From NCBI GenBank assembly GCA_951406725.2, contig OX597833.1:59706001-59770000 (forward strand): a stretch of 64,000 nt of DNA. The letters are read 5' to 3'. The first letter of the stretch is position 1; each line of letters starts with the position of its first letter. Below, in pieces: positions 50,739 through 63,629 of the stretch. The position numbers were made by a program, and so were the translations under genes. This stretch comes from Octopus vulgaris (Eukaryota). The notes beneath the pieces are model-generated. The model made no database searches, was not told the origin of the DNA, and saw nothing but the letters and a program-made list of their open reading frames with translations.

Positions 50739-52357
50739 CTAGATAGGATACTGTGTAGGACAGTAGACAGAGATAGCGTAGGGTGTCCACAATTCCACCT
50801 AGTCAGCTAGACGGATCACAAACTTGTGACGTGTACGCTAGACTTAGATAAGACACATAGGCAGGGTCCCAGGTACTGGAAACTGAATGCATCTTTCCGG
50901 TCGAGACAGGTTTCCAGAGACTGGATTAGCATGCTAGTAAAGAGGGCTTTGACGGGAGCCATCAACAACAATTGGTGGTTTGCCCTCAAGAGAGCAATAA
51001 AAGCAGAAGCGATTAGGTATAGCAAAGCACTAGCCATAGATAGATACAGAGTAGAGGGTGAGCTAGTTAAGAAGCTAGAAGAGGCGATTAGAAGTGGCAT
51101 TGTATCTAACGGTTTGGTGGCGAGGTTGACCCTTGACCAACACTTCAACACCAAACACGAAGGGTGTGTTGTCAGAGCTAGTTGTTACGGTGGCGGAAGT
51201 GCAGGACGTGATGGCAGAATGCACGAGGGACAAAATGCCAGGTTTGGATGGTCTACCCTACGAGTTTTACAGTTATGTGCCAGACTCTTTGGAGACATCT
51301 TGGCAGCAAAATGGTAGCATCCCCGGTTTTCTGAGCTGAGGAGTTGTAATGCTGCTGAGTACAGATCCAAATAAGGGGCATGTAATAGATAACTTTAGGC
51401 CCATCGCTCTGCTCAATGCAGACTTGAAAATTTTGGCCAAGGTGTTAGCCAAGATGTTGGCGCTTGTCATCGACAAACTGGTCTACAAGGTGCAAACGTG
51501 CGATGTGCTGGGCCGGAGCATCTATGACAACCTCCATCTGATATGCTACATCATAGACAAGGTAGTTAAGGAACCTGGCATGGGTGGGGCCCTGATCAGT
51601 TTGGATCAATCCAAAGCTTTCGATAGGGTAGACCATCCATACTTGGAGGCTGCCCTCATAGTGGCTGGTTTTGGTCCTGTCTTCTGTGGCTGGATAGCTG
51701 CTTTGTACAGAGGCATCCATTCAGTAATTCACGTAAATGATCATCTATTGAGACCTTTCGACATTACACATTCGGTCTTGTCGCTTTGGTGAAGCTGAGG
51801 GGCATGCCGCAAGAATTGGGATGTGGGACGAGCATGTCTGCATACGTGGATGATGTCACCATCATAGTGTCTAGCCAGAAGCACATCGAGACACCGAAAT
51901 ACTACGAAGCGGTAACAGGAGCGAAAATCAACTGGAAAAAGTCAGTGGGCTTGCGGCTTGGCACCTGGAAAAGCAAACCCATGCTGTCCACCAGCGCCTC
52001 TGTCGTGGGATGCTGGAATGACGGAGCCAGCTTGAGCATAATCTTATGAACCAAAAAAAAAAGGGGAAAAGAGAGTCACTTACTGTAATGAGTTTTTTTT
52101 TTGCATGACATTATTGCCCAAAGTTACCGTGGTCTATTCCGTAGGCTTTTCTTTCCATGGATAAGCCTAATCTGTTTCCCCTTTTTACATTATGACATTT
52201 CTGTGATACATGGTCCCTATTGATTGGCCTTCTTTTTTTCTCTCCACGATCCCTTTTGATCGAAATTCTACCCCCCCTTTTTTTTCTTCCCCAAAAGAAA
52301 AGCTCTACTTTGTATTGTCCCCTCTGTGTTCAGCCCTGTGTGGCCAATAAAGAAACA
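50739..52357 (+). mobile_element. Tx1/L1-clade LINE remnant (end of endonuclease, RT with internal deletions, 3' UTR) embedded in (TCTA/TCCA)n
   Basis: LDRI..DHKLV, GPRYWKLNAS, PGLDGLPYEFY, NFRPIALLNADLKILAKVLA, LDQSKAFDRVDH, AYVDDVT; tetranucleotide tracts on both sides. Confidence 0.85.
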
Positions 52358-53484
52358 CATCTATCCATCTGCCTGTCTAGCTATCCATCCATCCATTCGT
52401 CTATCTATCCATCCGCCCGTCTATCTATCCATCTGCTCATCTATCTATCTATCCATCCATCATCCATCCGTCTGTCTATCCATCCGTCCGTCTGTCTATC
52501 CATCCGTCCGTCTGTCTATCCATCCGTCCGTCTGTCTATCCATCTGTCCGTCTGTCTATCTATCCGTCCGTCCGGCTGTCTATCTATCTGTCCGGCTGTC
52601 TATCTATCCGTCCATCTTTCTATCTATCCGTTTGTCTGTCTGTCTCTATCCGTCTCTCTCTCTATCTATCCATCCATCTGTCTTTCTGTCTATCCCTCCA
52701 TCTGTCTTTCTATCTATCTATCTATCTCTCTTGCTCTATTTCTTTCCTTTATGTATGTGTGCCTATATATATATATAGGCACACACATATATATATATAC
52801 ACACACACACAATATTGATAATAATTTAAACTATTTATAACTAGTGTCACATCAAGAAACTGTTCTAATCTGGTGTGTTTGAGTGTGTGTGTGTGTGTAT
52901 GTATGTTATAGGTATGACATCCTACTGGGTCAAGAATCACATGGAGGGAGGGAGGGCGGTGGAATAATTACTGTTGAGAAGGCAACACCATCATCTTTTT
53001 TCAAGTATCACCATCAGTATTTTTCACCTTCCTCCTCCTCTTTTAGACTAACTGTCTGGCAGCACTGGTTTTTGGCATTGTTGATGTTGGTGGTAATGGT
53101 GGCGAGGAATTGCCCCTGATAAGCAGCAGCAGCAGCAGAGGCAGCAGCATCACCATTCTAGATTTTAGGGCTCTTTAAACATTGGTGACACAGTGTTCTT
53201 GTGAAGTAACTCTTATTCTTCTTTTTATGGTATCTGTTACACCTTCACACACCCACACAGCTTTAGTGCTGGCTCTGAACAGACAGAGCATCTCCGCTCT
53301 CTCTCTCTGTACACACACACACACAAAAACCGTTGGCAGAATATATATATATATGCATGTGTGTATGTATATATATATGTATATATACACACACACTCTC
53401 AGACATTTACTTAAACCAAGATACATCATAGATTATTACAATGATGACGGTTGTGATTCTTCATCTCCTACAACACCACGGACC

Positions 53485-53559
53485 ATGGTCACTAAGAGCT
53501 GGACAGCTGAGATCATTACACTTTGTTTACTGAAGACAAGACACATTTGTGGAAATCAG
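53485..53559 (+). other. candidate short first coding exon (MVTKSWTAEIITLCLLKTRHICGNQ)
   Basis: Kozak-like accATGg, 75 nt open frame, donor CAG|GTGAGG; no homology evidence. Confidence 0.25.
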
Positions 53560-54250
53560 GTGAGGTCTGGGAGACTGTCCTGTCTCTTACATACAAACAC
53601 ACACACTTATTTCTTCATGGTTTATGTATGTTTATCTATATATGGCGGTGCCCCAGCATGGCCACAGCTCATGAGCTGAAACTAGAATCAATCAATCATA
53701 TGTGTGTATGTTTTGTTTGTTTGTGTGAGTAATATTTGTGTGTTTCTATAATGTACAGTTCCAGATCAGTTTCAATCCAGCTGATCTATCATGAAAGACT
53801 TTCCAGCTACGTGACCATCCTGTCTATTTAATGGCTATATAAGACCACATAGCATCCCACCCCACAATGGTTACTCTCTCTCTGTTACTTGTTTCAGTCA
53901 TGTGACTGTGGCCATGCCGGAGCACCGCCTTTAGTCGATCAAATCGATCCCAGGACTTATTCTTTGTAAGCCTAGTATTTATTTCATCGGTCTCTTTTTT
54001 TTTTTTTGCCGAACCGCTAAGTTACAGGGACGTAAACACACCAGCATCGGTTGTCAAGCGATGTTGGGGGGACAAACACAGACACACAAAACACGCACAT
54101 ACATATATAAATACACATATATACGACGGGCTTCTTTCAGTTAGTTACCTTTAGACATATAACATTATTTTGTTATGTAGATGAGCAATCTACAAACTAT
54201 AAGGTACCACCCCATAGCCGTCACATCCTAAGGCTATTTGGTCTATGTAA

Positions 54251-54472
54251 GGCGGCGACCTGGCAGAATCGTTAGCGCGCCGGGCGAAATGCTTAGCGGT
54301 ATTTTGTCTGCCGTTACATTCTGAATTCAAATTCCGCCGAGATCAACTTTGACTTTCATCCTTTCGGGGTCTATAAATTAAGTACCAGTTACGCACTGGG
54401 GTCGATGTAATCGACTTAATCTGTTTGTTTGTCCTCTCTGTGTTTAGCCCCTTCTGGGTAGTAAAAAAATAG
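54251..54472 (+). mobile_element. SINE family A, full length (others at 55611-55830 and 61985-62215)
   Basis: Family match; TSDs tttggtctatgt, aatatatattctt and tattttaatctaa respectively. Confidence 0.9.
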
Positions 54473-54810
54473 ATTTTTGGTCTATGTTTACAGGTAGCAA
54501 CATAGTTTGTGATAAGTGTTGTGTGTGTGTGTGTCTAAGGAAGATAAAGACTTTTTTTTATAAAGCTTGGAACAGTGTGAAATAAAATACTAACTACAAA
54601 AGTGAAAACAGAGGAATTCTGCCCCTCATTTCTCCATGTGTCCCAAGGAAGGGGTCATAACCCTGAAATATGGAAATTCAAGGTAAAATCTGGACTGTTG
54701 TTGTTTTCACTTAATGCAGTTCACTTTGTATTTCTCTTTGCATTGTTTCAGCCGTACCAAAAGTGTTCTTTAATCTAATGTAATGTCACACAATGAATGG
54801 TTCAGCCTAT

Positions 54811-54842
<32 letters not shown>

Positions 54843-54917
54843 CACACACATACATATGCATTTGCACAAAGACAAATAAACTTTACATGTATGGGAGTAC
54901 TTTGTAAATCTAACAGC

Positions 54918-55001
<84 letters not shown>

Positions 55002-55081
55002 TTTATTTAAAGCATATTACTCTACCACTGGTATTTGAGTACTCTTTTTTCCACCTTGTTTCACATTTATGTGTTTACTCC

Positions 55082-55142
<61 letters not shown>

Positions 55143-56092
55143 TTTTACTGGTTTCAGCCAGAGGCTGAGGTCATGCTGGAGCACCAGGTTATTTATTTAA
55201 CTATTTATATATATGTGTGTGTATGTATATCTTTTACTGGTTTCAGTCATTAGACTGCAGCAGTGCAGTGCCACCACTTTGAAAAATTTTCAGTTGAATG
55301 TATTGATCCTATTACTTATTTTTATAAGCCTGGTACTTATTCTGTTGATCTCTTTTGCCAAACCACTAAGTTACAGGAACATAAACACACCAACACCAGT
55401 TGTCAAGTGGTGTGGGGGACAAACACAGACTCAAAGACACACACACACACATATATTTATACGATGGGTGTCTCTCAGTTTCCATCTACCAAATTCACTC
55501 ACAAGGTTTTGGTTGGTCTGAGGCTATAGTAGAAGAATCTTGCCCAAGGTGCCACACACAGAGGGATTGAACATGGTACCATGTGATACCTGCGCTTAAT
55601 ATATATTCTTGGCAGAATTGTTAGCACGCCTCACCAAATGCTTAGCAGTATTTTGTGTTCCGTTATGTTCTGAGTTCAAATTCCGCTGAGGTCGAATTTG
55701 ACTTTCATCCTTTCGGGGTTGATTAAATAAGTACCAGTTATGCACTGGGGTCAATGTAATTGGCTTAATCCCTTTGTCCCTGTCTGTCCCCTCTATGTTT
55801 AGCCCCCCTGTGGGCATAAATAAATAAATATATATTCTTTTGTGTTTCAGCCTAAAATCTAAAATATATATAATGAATGTCTAAATGTTTATATATATAT
55901 ATGTCCTCCCCAACATCGCTTGACAACCAATGGTGGTGCGTTTACGTCCCTGTAACTTAGCGGTTTGGCAAAAGAGACCGATTGAATAAGTCCTGGGGTC
56001 AGTTTGCTTGACTAAAGGCGGTGCTCCAGCATGGCCACAGTCAAATGACTGAAACAAGTAAAAGAGTAAAGAGTAAACAGTATATATATATA

Positions 56093-56132
<40 letters not shown>

Positions 56133-56550
56133 TGATATAAACACACGCACACACACGTACTTATGTTTGGCAGAAGAAACTGTGAAAACAGGACTTGAGT
56201 GCATATACTGTTTTACTATTTTTAATTGGTAGAAAGTTACAAAGTGACTCAGGAGCCTAGAGTTTCATGTATAGCATTTACCAATCTTTGATTGGTGCTA
56301 TGCACAAAACCCTCAGTTCTTTGATAACTTTCTATTGATTGAAAATAATTTTTAAAAATCTGTGTATGTGTTACGTCATCTCAGATCAGTTTTAAGTGTA
56401 GTTGATTCCAATCCCCTAGCATATTACTGGTATGTATTGCATGGCAGGGATGAAGTATAAATTGGTTGGTACCACAATTCAGTATCTGGTCCCCACCCCC
56501 TTTGGTTATCAATTGTCTGCACTTTCTCTCATTTCTCTCTATCTTATATA

Positions 56551-56606
<56 letters not shown>

Positions 56607-56607
<1 letters not shown>

Positions 56608-56980
56608 TAGCAGTATCGCCCGGCGTTGCTCGGGTTTGTAAGGGAAATAACTATAAAGCATTTTTAGAGAGTTATAGCCAAAAAACAGCAAAAAAATGAT
56701 GGTAAATTTTTTTTGATAGTTAAAAAGGTGGAGTTGCGTCCCCTACACAGTTCGTGGTTCGTGTTTCTGATTCTCGACCCCATGTCGAATTTATCGATTT
56801 TTTTTCAGAACTGGGGGAACTTTTCAAACTTTTCGCTGCGTTAGTTTTGAATTATGACATTGGGCTATGTGTGTGTCAAGTTTCATCAGAATCGGTTGAA
56901 AGCCGTGGTCAGGGTGAGGGTACAAGCAAACAGACACACAGAAACACGCACAGACAAACTGCCGTTTATATAGAGAGAGA
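56607..56980 (-). mobile_element. non-autonomous Helitron
   Basis: Terminal ~100 bp nearly identical to 9799-9930; same TC / CTAG ends. Confidence 0.8.
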
Positions 56981-57080
56981 TAGTTAGTTAATCCAAACAA
57001 GAAAGCACAAAAAAAAAAACACAACAACGCGAGGACGTGGAACAAATATAATATTATTGGATGCTCAGGAAAGAAGGAGG

Positions 57081-57115
57081 GTTTAACGTTTCGAGCGGAG
57101 CTCTTTGTCGGAAAC
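57081..57115 (-). ncRNA. minimal hammerhead-like motif in a Penelope-like remnant (~56985-57195)
   Basis: gttt CCGACAA a gagc-tcc-gctc GAAA cg TT aaac (position 8 is A, likely CpG decay). Confidence 0.5.
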
Positions 57116-57194
57116 ATAGGAGAAGGAAAGATCCAGAGAAGGGAAGACAGAGGAAAAAAATCGCCAACGGTACACACGAGGTCACATTTTGAAC

Positions 57195-57311
<117 letters not shown>

Positions 57312-57420
57312 TCAGAGGCGGGGAGAACTCATATGAAAGAAAAATAGGGTGTCTTTGTGAATGAAGTGGTGGGTGCAGAGGAGGTTTTGTGAATGGGACA
57401 TGCATGATGGAAGCTCTATA

Positions 57421-57451
<31 letters not shown>

Positions 57452-57773
57452 TATTTATTTTGTATAATTCTATGTAGCACTATCTTGAAGATAATTATGT
57501 TTAGCTGTTGTTTCCATGTATATGTGCCTCCCTATCTCAATCTCTGTTTAGGCAAGGGGGAGGGGATTAGAATGGTGTGGGTCTGTGTCTGTCAGGGAGA
57601 GGTGGGGGCAGTCTTTGATCTTGTTTTGCTTTCTTCATTTCTTAAGCAAACAACCTTTTCTATCTTGTACCTGTACAATATCATGCACACACACACACAC
57701 GGATTTACTTATGTAAGAGGTCTACCTTTGTATAGTATCTATGTGTGTGTGTGTATGTGTGTGTATAAACACA

Positions 57774-57986
57774 TATGAAAGGTAAGAGCTGAGAAGTTCC
57801 TAGCTTTCGGTAAAAGAAATACAAGAAGATCAGTAAGTTGTAATTTTATTGAACATATTCTCTTCTTAGATCCACACACTTATTACAGCAGTCCTTCAGT
57901 TTTTCTAAGCCCTGTAAAAGAACTTCGAAGTTTGGGCCTCCAACCATGCTTTTCACAACACCCTTAAAGCCAGGAACTTTTCAACA

Positions 57987-57995
<9 letters not shown>
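57774..57995. mobile_element. mariner-type MITE
   Basis: gctgagaagttcctagcttt / aaagccaggaacttttcaacaccccctcg imperfect TIRs. Confidence 0.6.
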
Positions 57996-58017
<22 letters not shown>

Positions 58018-58194
58018 CATTTGATTGGAGACATACTGGGAAAACTACTGTGAAGTTTTTCAGGTGAGCAAATTGAATCCAGTACTTGCTTTAAACCTGA
58101 TGCTTAATGTATCACTCCCTTTTTGCTGGTCTGCTAAGTTACATAGAGAAGTGATGAAACAGGCACACACACACATGTGTGCGTGTGTGTCACA

Positions 58195-58862
58195 GTAAAT
58201 TTATTCAATAAAATCACCATTGTCTTCAACCATGGCCTCCAGATGACTTCAGAATCTCCTGCAACTCTTCTGGACGGTCTCCTTGTTTAAGTTGGTGAAT
58301 GCTGTCATAATCTTTGCTTTCAGTTCGTCTTTGGTGTTACAAGGAGTTTTGTTGGTCTCTTCTTGCTCAACTGTGCGACAGCCATGACTGCGTTCTCCTG
58401 CTTGTGTAGCATGGTGCAGAGTCTTGTTGCCAGACATAGGGTCTTCCAGCAGTTACCCTCTTGAACCAAGGCAGCACTACCTCCTCCAGGCACTTGATGT
58501 AGGCCTCCATGTTGAGTCTGAGGCCATGTGGGAAGATGGAGACCTAACGTCACCATCATTAGTGATCTCTCCAAACACCATGATGTTGACTGGATGTTTG
58601 ATTTTTATCATTCTCAGTACATGTCCTCAGATTGACACCCAAACACTCTGAAAATGTTTGTATTGGAGCTTCTGGCACAAATGCCAAGCAGTACAGCATG
58701 TCATGTCCAAATTTCTGGCAGAGTGATTTGCATCATGGTGCTGTTTTTCTCACAGATGGTGCCCAACTGACCCTACTATACTGTGTAGTCGACAAAAAAC
58801 ATAGCATGTGCATGCTCAAAATTGAAACTATAAAATAGCAACAATTTACCCATCACACCCTG
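58195..58862 (-). mobile_element. Tc1/mariner-superfamily transposase relic
   Basis: Frameshifted KHPVNIMVFG..NDGDV, YVWQQDSAPC, CNTKDELKAKIMTAFTNLNKETVQKSCRRF..LEAMVEDNGDFIE; starts TA|cagggtg. Confidence 0.75.
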
Positions 58863-59190
58863 TATATGTCATATACACACACACACACACACACACATGT
58901 ACCCATTTGTACATGTTACCTTCTATAATAGTTAATTACAATATGGAGAAAGTGCTGTGTCTCAGCTGGGGGTCTGTGTGTGTGCGCGCGCGCGCGCGTA
59001 GTGGGTGCGGGTGGGTGGGTTCATCCCTTATCTGTTTCCCCTCCCCACCCTCATTCCCTCAGGTTTAGTAAAAGTCAAGTGAGATTTGATAAATGAAGAG
59101 AGGAAGTGGAAGTGTATATAAGCTTTTTTAATTGAAGCCATGTGTATATACACCTGGAGTATGTTTGTGTCTATGCACCTGGCCTACATA

Positions 59191-59234
<44 letters not shown>

Positions 59235-59524
59235 TGTGTATGTCTATACATATGATCATGATGTACAAAATGTGCATACATTTATTTGTAAATACACTCA
59301 GTTGGTCTACATATGTGTATTCACATGTATAAATTATATACAACACACACACATTATATATATATATCACCATCATCATCATTTAATGGCCGCTTTCCAT
59401 GCTAGCATAGGTTGGACATATATATATTCATATACATACAAGCAAATATATATGTGAATGTGTGTGTGTATATATATATTTATATATGTATATCATCATT
59501 TAACTTCTGTTATATATATATATG

Positions 59525-59576
<52 letters not shown>

Positions 59577-59949
59577 TGCATAGACATGGCTGTGTAGTTA
59601 GGATGTTTGCTTCCCAACCACTTAGCTTTGGGTTCAATCCCACTGTGTGGCACCATGGGTGTCTTCTACTTCAGCCCCAGCTTATCCAAAAATTGTCAGT
59701 GGATTGGGTAAACACAAACTGCAAAGAACCCCATTAGTCTTTTCCTGCTAAATCGTTTTAGCCCCTTTTATCTTCCCTTAGTGTTAACCTTTTCTAATTT
59801 ACGAAAGACATTCTTGGGCTTTTGTAATATTTCTGTATTAGGATATCATAGCTCACATGTACTGCTCATACTGAATGACTCGAAGACATTGTTCTACCAT
59901 GTCTGTCTCTCTATCCTTTCCTCCATCCATCTATCTGTCTATATATATA

Positions 59950-60280
59950 TATCACCTTGATCACCTTGACCGACCAGTCCGTCAGGCGTCCATTTGACAC
60001 CGCTGGTCACAGCACGCTGTCCACTCCTCTTTGGATCGCGCCTTTCTCATCCACGTGATCCCAATCGTCCTCCTGAAATCGTAACTCCACCGTTGTGGAC
60101 GTCTTCTGGGTGGTCTTTTCCGCTCGCGTGGGTACCACTCGACAACTGCGTGGGCCCACCGATTATCGGTGAGCCGGGCGACGTGTCCAACCCATCTATA
60201 CTTGCTGCGTGTATACTCTGCGATGATATCTCTCACGCCGGACTTCTTTCTGATGATCTCGCTACTGATGTGCTCTGTCA
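59950..60280 (-). mobile_element. RTE LINE 3' end
   Basis: IRKKSGVRDII....SKYRWVGHVARLTDNRW...VVEWYPRERKRP..RP..RW; tail (tcaaggtga)2. Confidence 0.85.
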
Positions 60281-60899
60281 ATATCATCGTCGTTTAGCGT
60301 CTGCTTTCCATGCTGGCATGGGTTGGACGGTTCAACTGAGGTCTGGGAAGCCAGAAGGCTGCACCAGGCTCAGTCTGATCTGGCAATGTTTCTACAGCTG
60401 GATGCCCTTCCTAACGCCAACCACTCCATGAGTGTAGTGGGTGCTTTTTACGTGCCACCAACACAGGTGCCACACGAGGCTGGCAAACGGCCACGAGCGG
60501 ATGGTGCTTTTTACGTGCCACTGGCACGGAGGCCACATATATATAATAACAAAATAATAAATAAAACATATGCATATATACTTACATATATGTACGTACC
60601 TACATCTACATGTATGTGTACATGCATATATAGGTACAGGACACCAAAAAAACGTCGAACACAATGAGAAACAAAAACGTAAAAACAGAACCATGGAAAC
60701 GGACATCTTTTTAAACAACGAAAAAACAGGGTTCAAGACATACAACACAAGGAAAATTCCCCTTTTTCAGCCACCTCCGTTTCGTCTACTCCGCGTTTCG
60801 AAGGTAAAGGTGAGACACGACTTCGGTGAAACGGTCCTTCCCGCAAATAATTTGAGATTTTTTGCAGAGGGGTAAAAGTAGTAACAAAAACAAGACAGT

Positions 60900-61183
60900 A
60901 AAAATACATAATTGCAGTGTGGATGGTGTTTATAAGCCATTTAAGAAACACACAAAAACCGTTAGATTCACTTCAACATCTAAATTTAATTTGTCAAAAT
61001 ATTTTCGGCGCTTTGAGACCGCGACCTGTTCACTGACAAAATTCTGTGCTGCATCTCTGTGAAGTGAATCTAACGGTTTTTGTGTGTTTCTTAAATGGCA
61101 TATAAACACCTTCCACGCTGCAATTGTTTTCGTTCCAGCACACGATCTCAGATCAGGTCACTTGCTATGCAAGTACATCTCCG

Positions 61184-61219
<36 letters not shown>

Positions 61220-61265
61220 AAATAAGCAACAAGGATATCCAGAGGTAATGCAGTACGATTGTTTC

Positions 61266-61324
<59 letters not shown>

Positions 61325-61458
61325 ACGGAGATGTACTTGCATAGCAGGTGACCTGATCTGAGATCGTGTCACTTGCTATGCAAGTACATCTCCGTAATAT
61401 ATATATATAAATATCAAAATAAGCAACAAGGATATCCAGAGGTAATGCAGTACGATTG

Positions 61459-61465
<7 letters not shown>
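60900..61465. mobile_element. Penelope-like remnant with inverted and direct repeats separated by (TA)n
   Basis: 60910-60975 inverted against 61060-61125; 61140-61186 inverted against 61323-61369; 61217-61266 repeated at 61413-61462. Confidence 0.65.
60990..61040 (-). ncRNA. minimal hammerhead-like motif, G3-C8 core variant
   Basis: tttgtca GTGAACA g gtcgc-ggtctcaaa-gcgcc GAAA atat T T tgacaaa; 7-bp stem I and palindromic AATATT helix III. Confidence 0.6.
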
Positions 61466-61512
<47 letters not shown>

Positions 61513-61729
61513 TGTTTGTCATCAGACTGTAGTAGAAGGCACCTGTCCAAGATGCATTAGATTTCATAACATCTGTTGAATGTACCCCTGCAATGCTGTG
61601 ATACCATCTCTAGAGTATGCACAACTATGCTTCTTGTGGTCTTGTTGATTTTACTTATCAACTTCTCAGATGTGGTGTCTTCTTTCTAATACACCAGCTC
61701 TTTTTACTTTCCCAATTCTGCCTAAATAA

Positions 61730-61930
61730 CTGCATTGTCCCAGAACTGGAAAATTGCCAGCATTATTCCACCCTTCAAAAAGAGGTGACAATTCATCACC
61801 TTCCCATTACTTATCCTGTCCGTCTCCCTAGCTCTAATTGCCAGACTGACCGAGTCTTGTGTCAGAGAGACCCTCTGGTACTTCAGGAACTTGCATTACC
61901 TTATTCAACCCACACAATTTGGATTTATCT
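61730..61930 (+). mobile_element. very old LINE RT N-terminal relic
   Basis: WKIASIIPPFKK.GDNSSPSHY..PV.L pattern with frameshifts. Confidence 0.4.
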
Positions 61931-62972
61931 TTAACTTCAGTTGCTGTGGCCATCTTATCAAATAAATGGCTATTTTAATCTAAAGGCGGTGAGCTGGCAG
62001 AAACGTTAGCACGCCAGGCGAAATGCGTAGCCGTATTTCGTCTGCCGTTACGTTCTGAGTTCAAATTCCGCTGAGGTCGACTTTGCCTTTCATCCTTTCA
62101 GGGTTGATAAATAAAGAACCAGTTTCGCACTGGGGTCGATGTAATCCACTTAATCCGTTTGTCTGTCCTTATTTGTCCCCTCTATGTTTAACCCCTTGTG
62201 GATAGTAAAGTAATATATTTTAATCTAATATTGCTTCTGCTATATATAGTAACATTATATAATCACTGTATTGCCCAGACTATCAACTGTGGTTAAATAC
62301 CGCTGGTCACAATGCGCTTCCTTGTATTGTTGTAGCTTTTGAATGATGACACCCCATTGGCTGTGTGGGTAGGCCAACATTCTTCCTGAATGAGAGCCTG
62401 TCGGTTGCAGGGTTACCCATTTATGGCCGAGTGGACTGCAGCAATGAAATGGAGTGTTTTGCTCTTGAAGATAAAGCACTGTTGTCTGGGAATTGAAACC
62501 ATGGTCTTGCGATCATGAGTACAACATCCTAACAACTAGGCCGTGCTCCTTCACACACACATGTGGTCAAGAGTTTCCTTTCATTTTATCTTATGCGAAT
62601 CTTAATTTTTCTTCTGCTGGTGACATGTAAAATGCACCCAGTACACTCTGTAGTATAGTTGTTATAGGTAGAGTATCCTGCTGTAGAGACTAAGTCAAAA
62701 TGAAATGTATAGGCATCAGTCTACAAGAGCAGTGGCTCCCAATAAGAACTGACTTGGACTTTGAAGACCCATCTAACCTATGCCAGCAGAGAATGTGGAC
62801 GTAAACTGATATATTTCACTGGTTGATTATAAATACTGAATAAAATATGACTGAAACTATGGAAGCTTTAGTACTTATTTTAAATCTGCTGTTTTCTTAT
62901 TCTCCTTTTGCCAAATTGCTAAGTTATGTCAGTGTAAACAAACCAACATCCAATGTCAAGCAGTAAGGAAAG

Positions 62973-63060
<88 letters not shown>

Positions 63061-63629
63061 GCATTCTTTCAATTTATCATCACAAATTGAAAGTGGGTAA
63101 TTATTGTTAACAATTAGCATTGATACTTTAAAAAGAAATTTTTTTTTTTTACAGAAATTCTATCTTCATATTTTCAAAGTGGAAATCTTCCACAAAAATT
63201 CCCATTAAAAAGTTAAAAACAAAGATGTGTGTGTGTGTGTGTGTGTTTGGGAGAAGTGGAGGGAACTAAAAATTTGGAAATCTATATTTTTGGCAAAAAA
63301 AAAAAAATAATAATCATAATCTCTAGTGTTAAAAACAGGAATCTGAAAATATTTGGAATATCCACTTTCCTACCCCTCCTCCACCCCAAAAAACAAACTC
63401 ATATACAAACAAGAAAGCACGGGTACCTATTTGACACATCTGCTTGGATGTTCCTGAACAGAGTCAATATTTACTTTTCAGTTTGTGATTGTACACTGAC
63501 AGAATACCACACACACACATACACAGAGTGGGCTTTTATTCAATTTTCGCCTACCAAATTAAGTGACAAAGCATTGGGTCAACTCAGAGCTATGTTGAGG
63601 GAGGACTTAGCCACAGGGCTGTGCTTGTA

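Noticed and set aside
54635-54680. Degenerate hammerhead-like ccaaggaa-gggg..ccct-gaaa
   Set aside because: Too many core mismatches and no stem I.
60760-60840. Hammerhead motif in the 44385/60545 family (CCGAAG...GAAACGCG on the minus strand)
   Set aside because: No convincing stem II and no U at position 16.1 in either copy; at most a relic.
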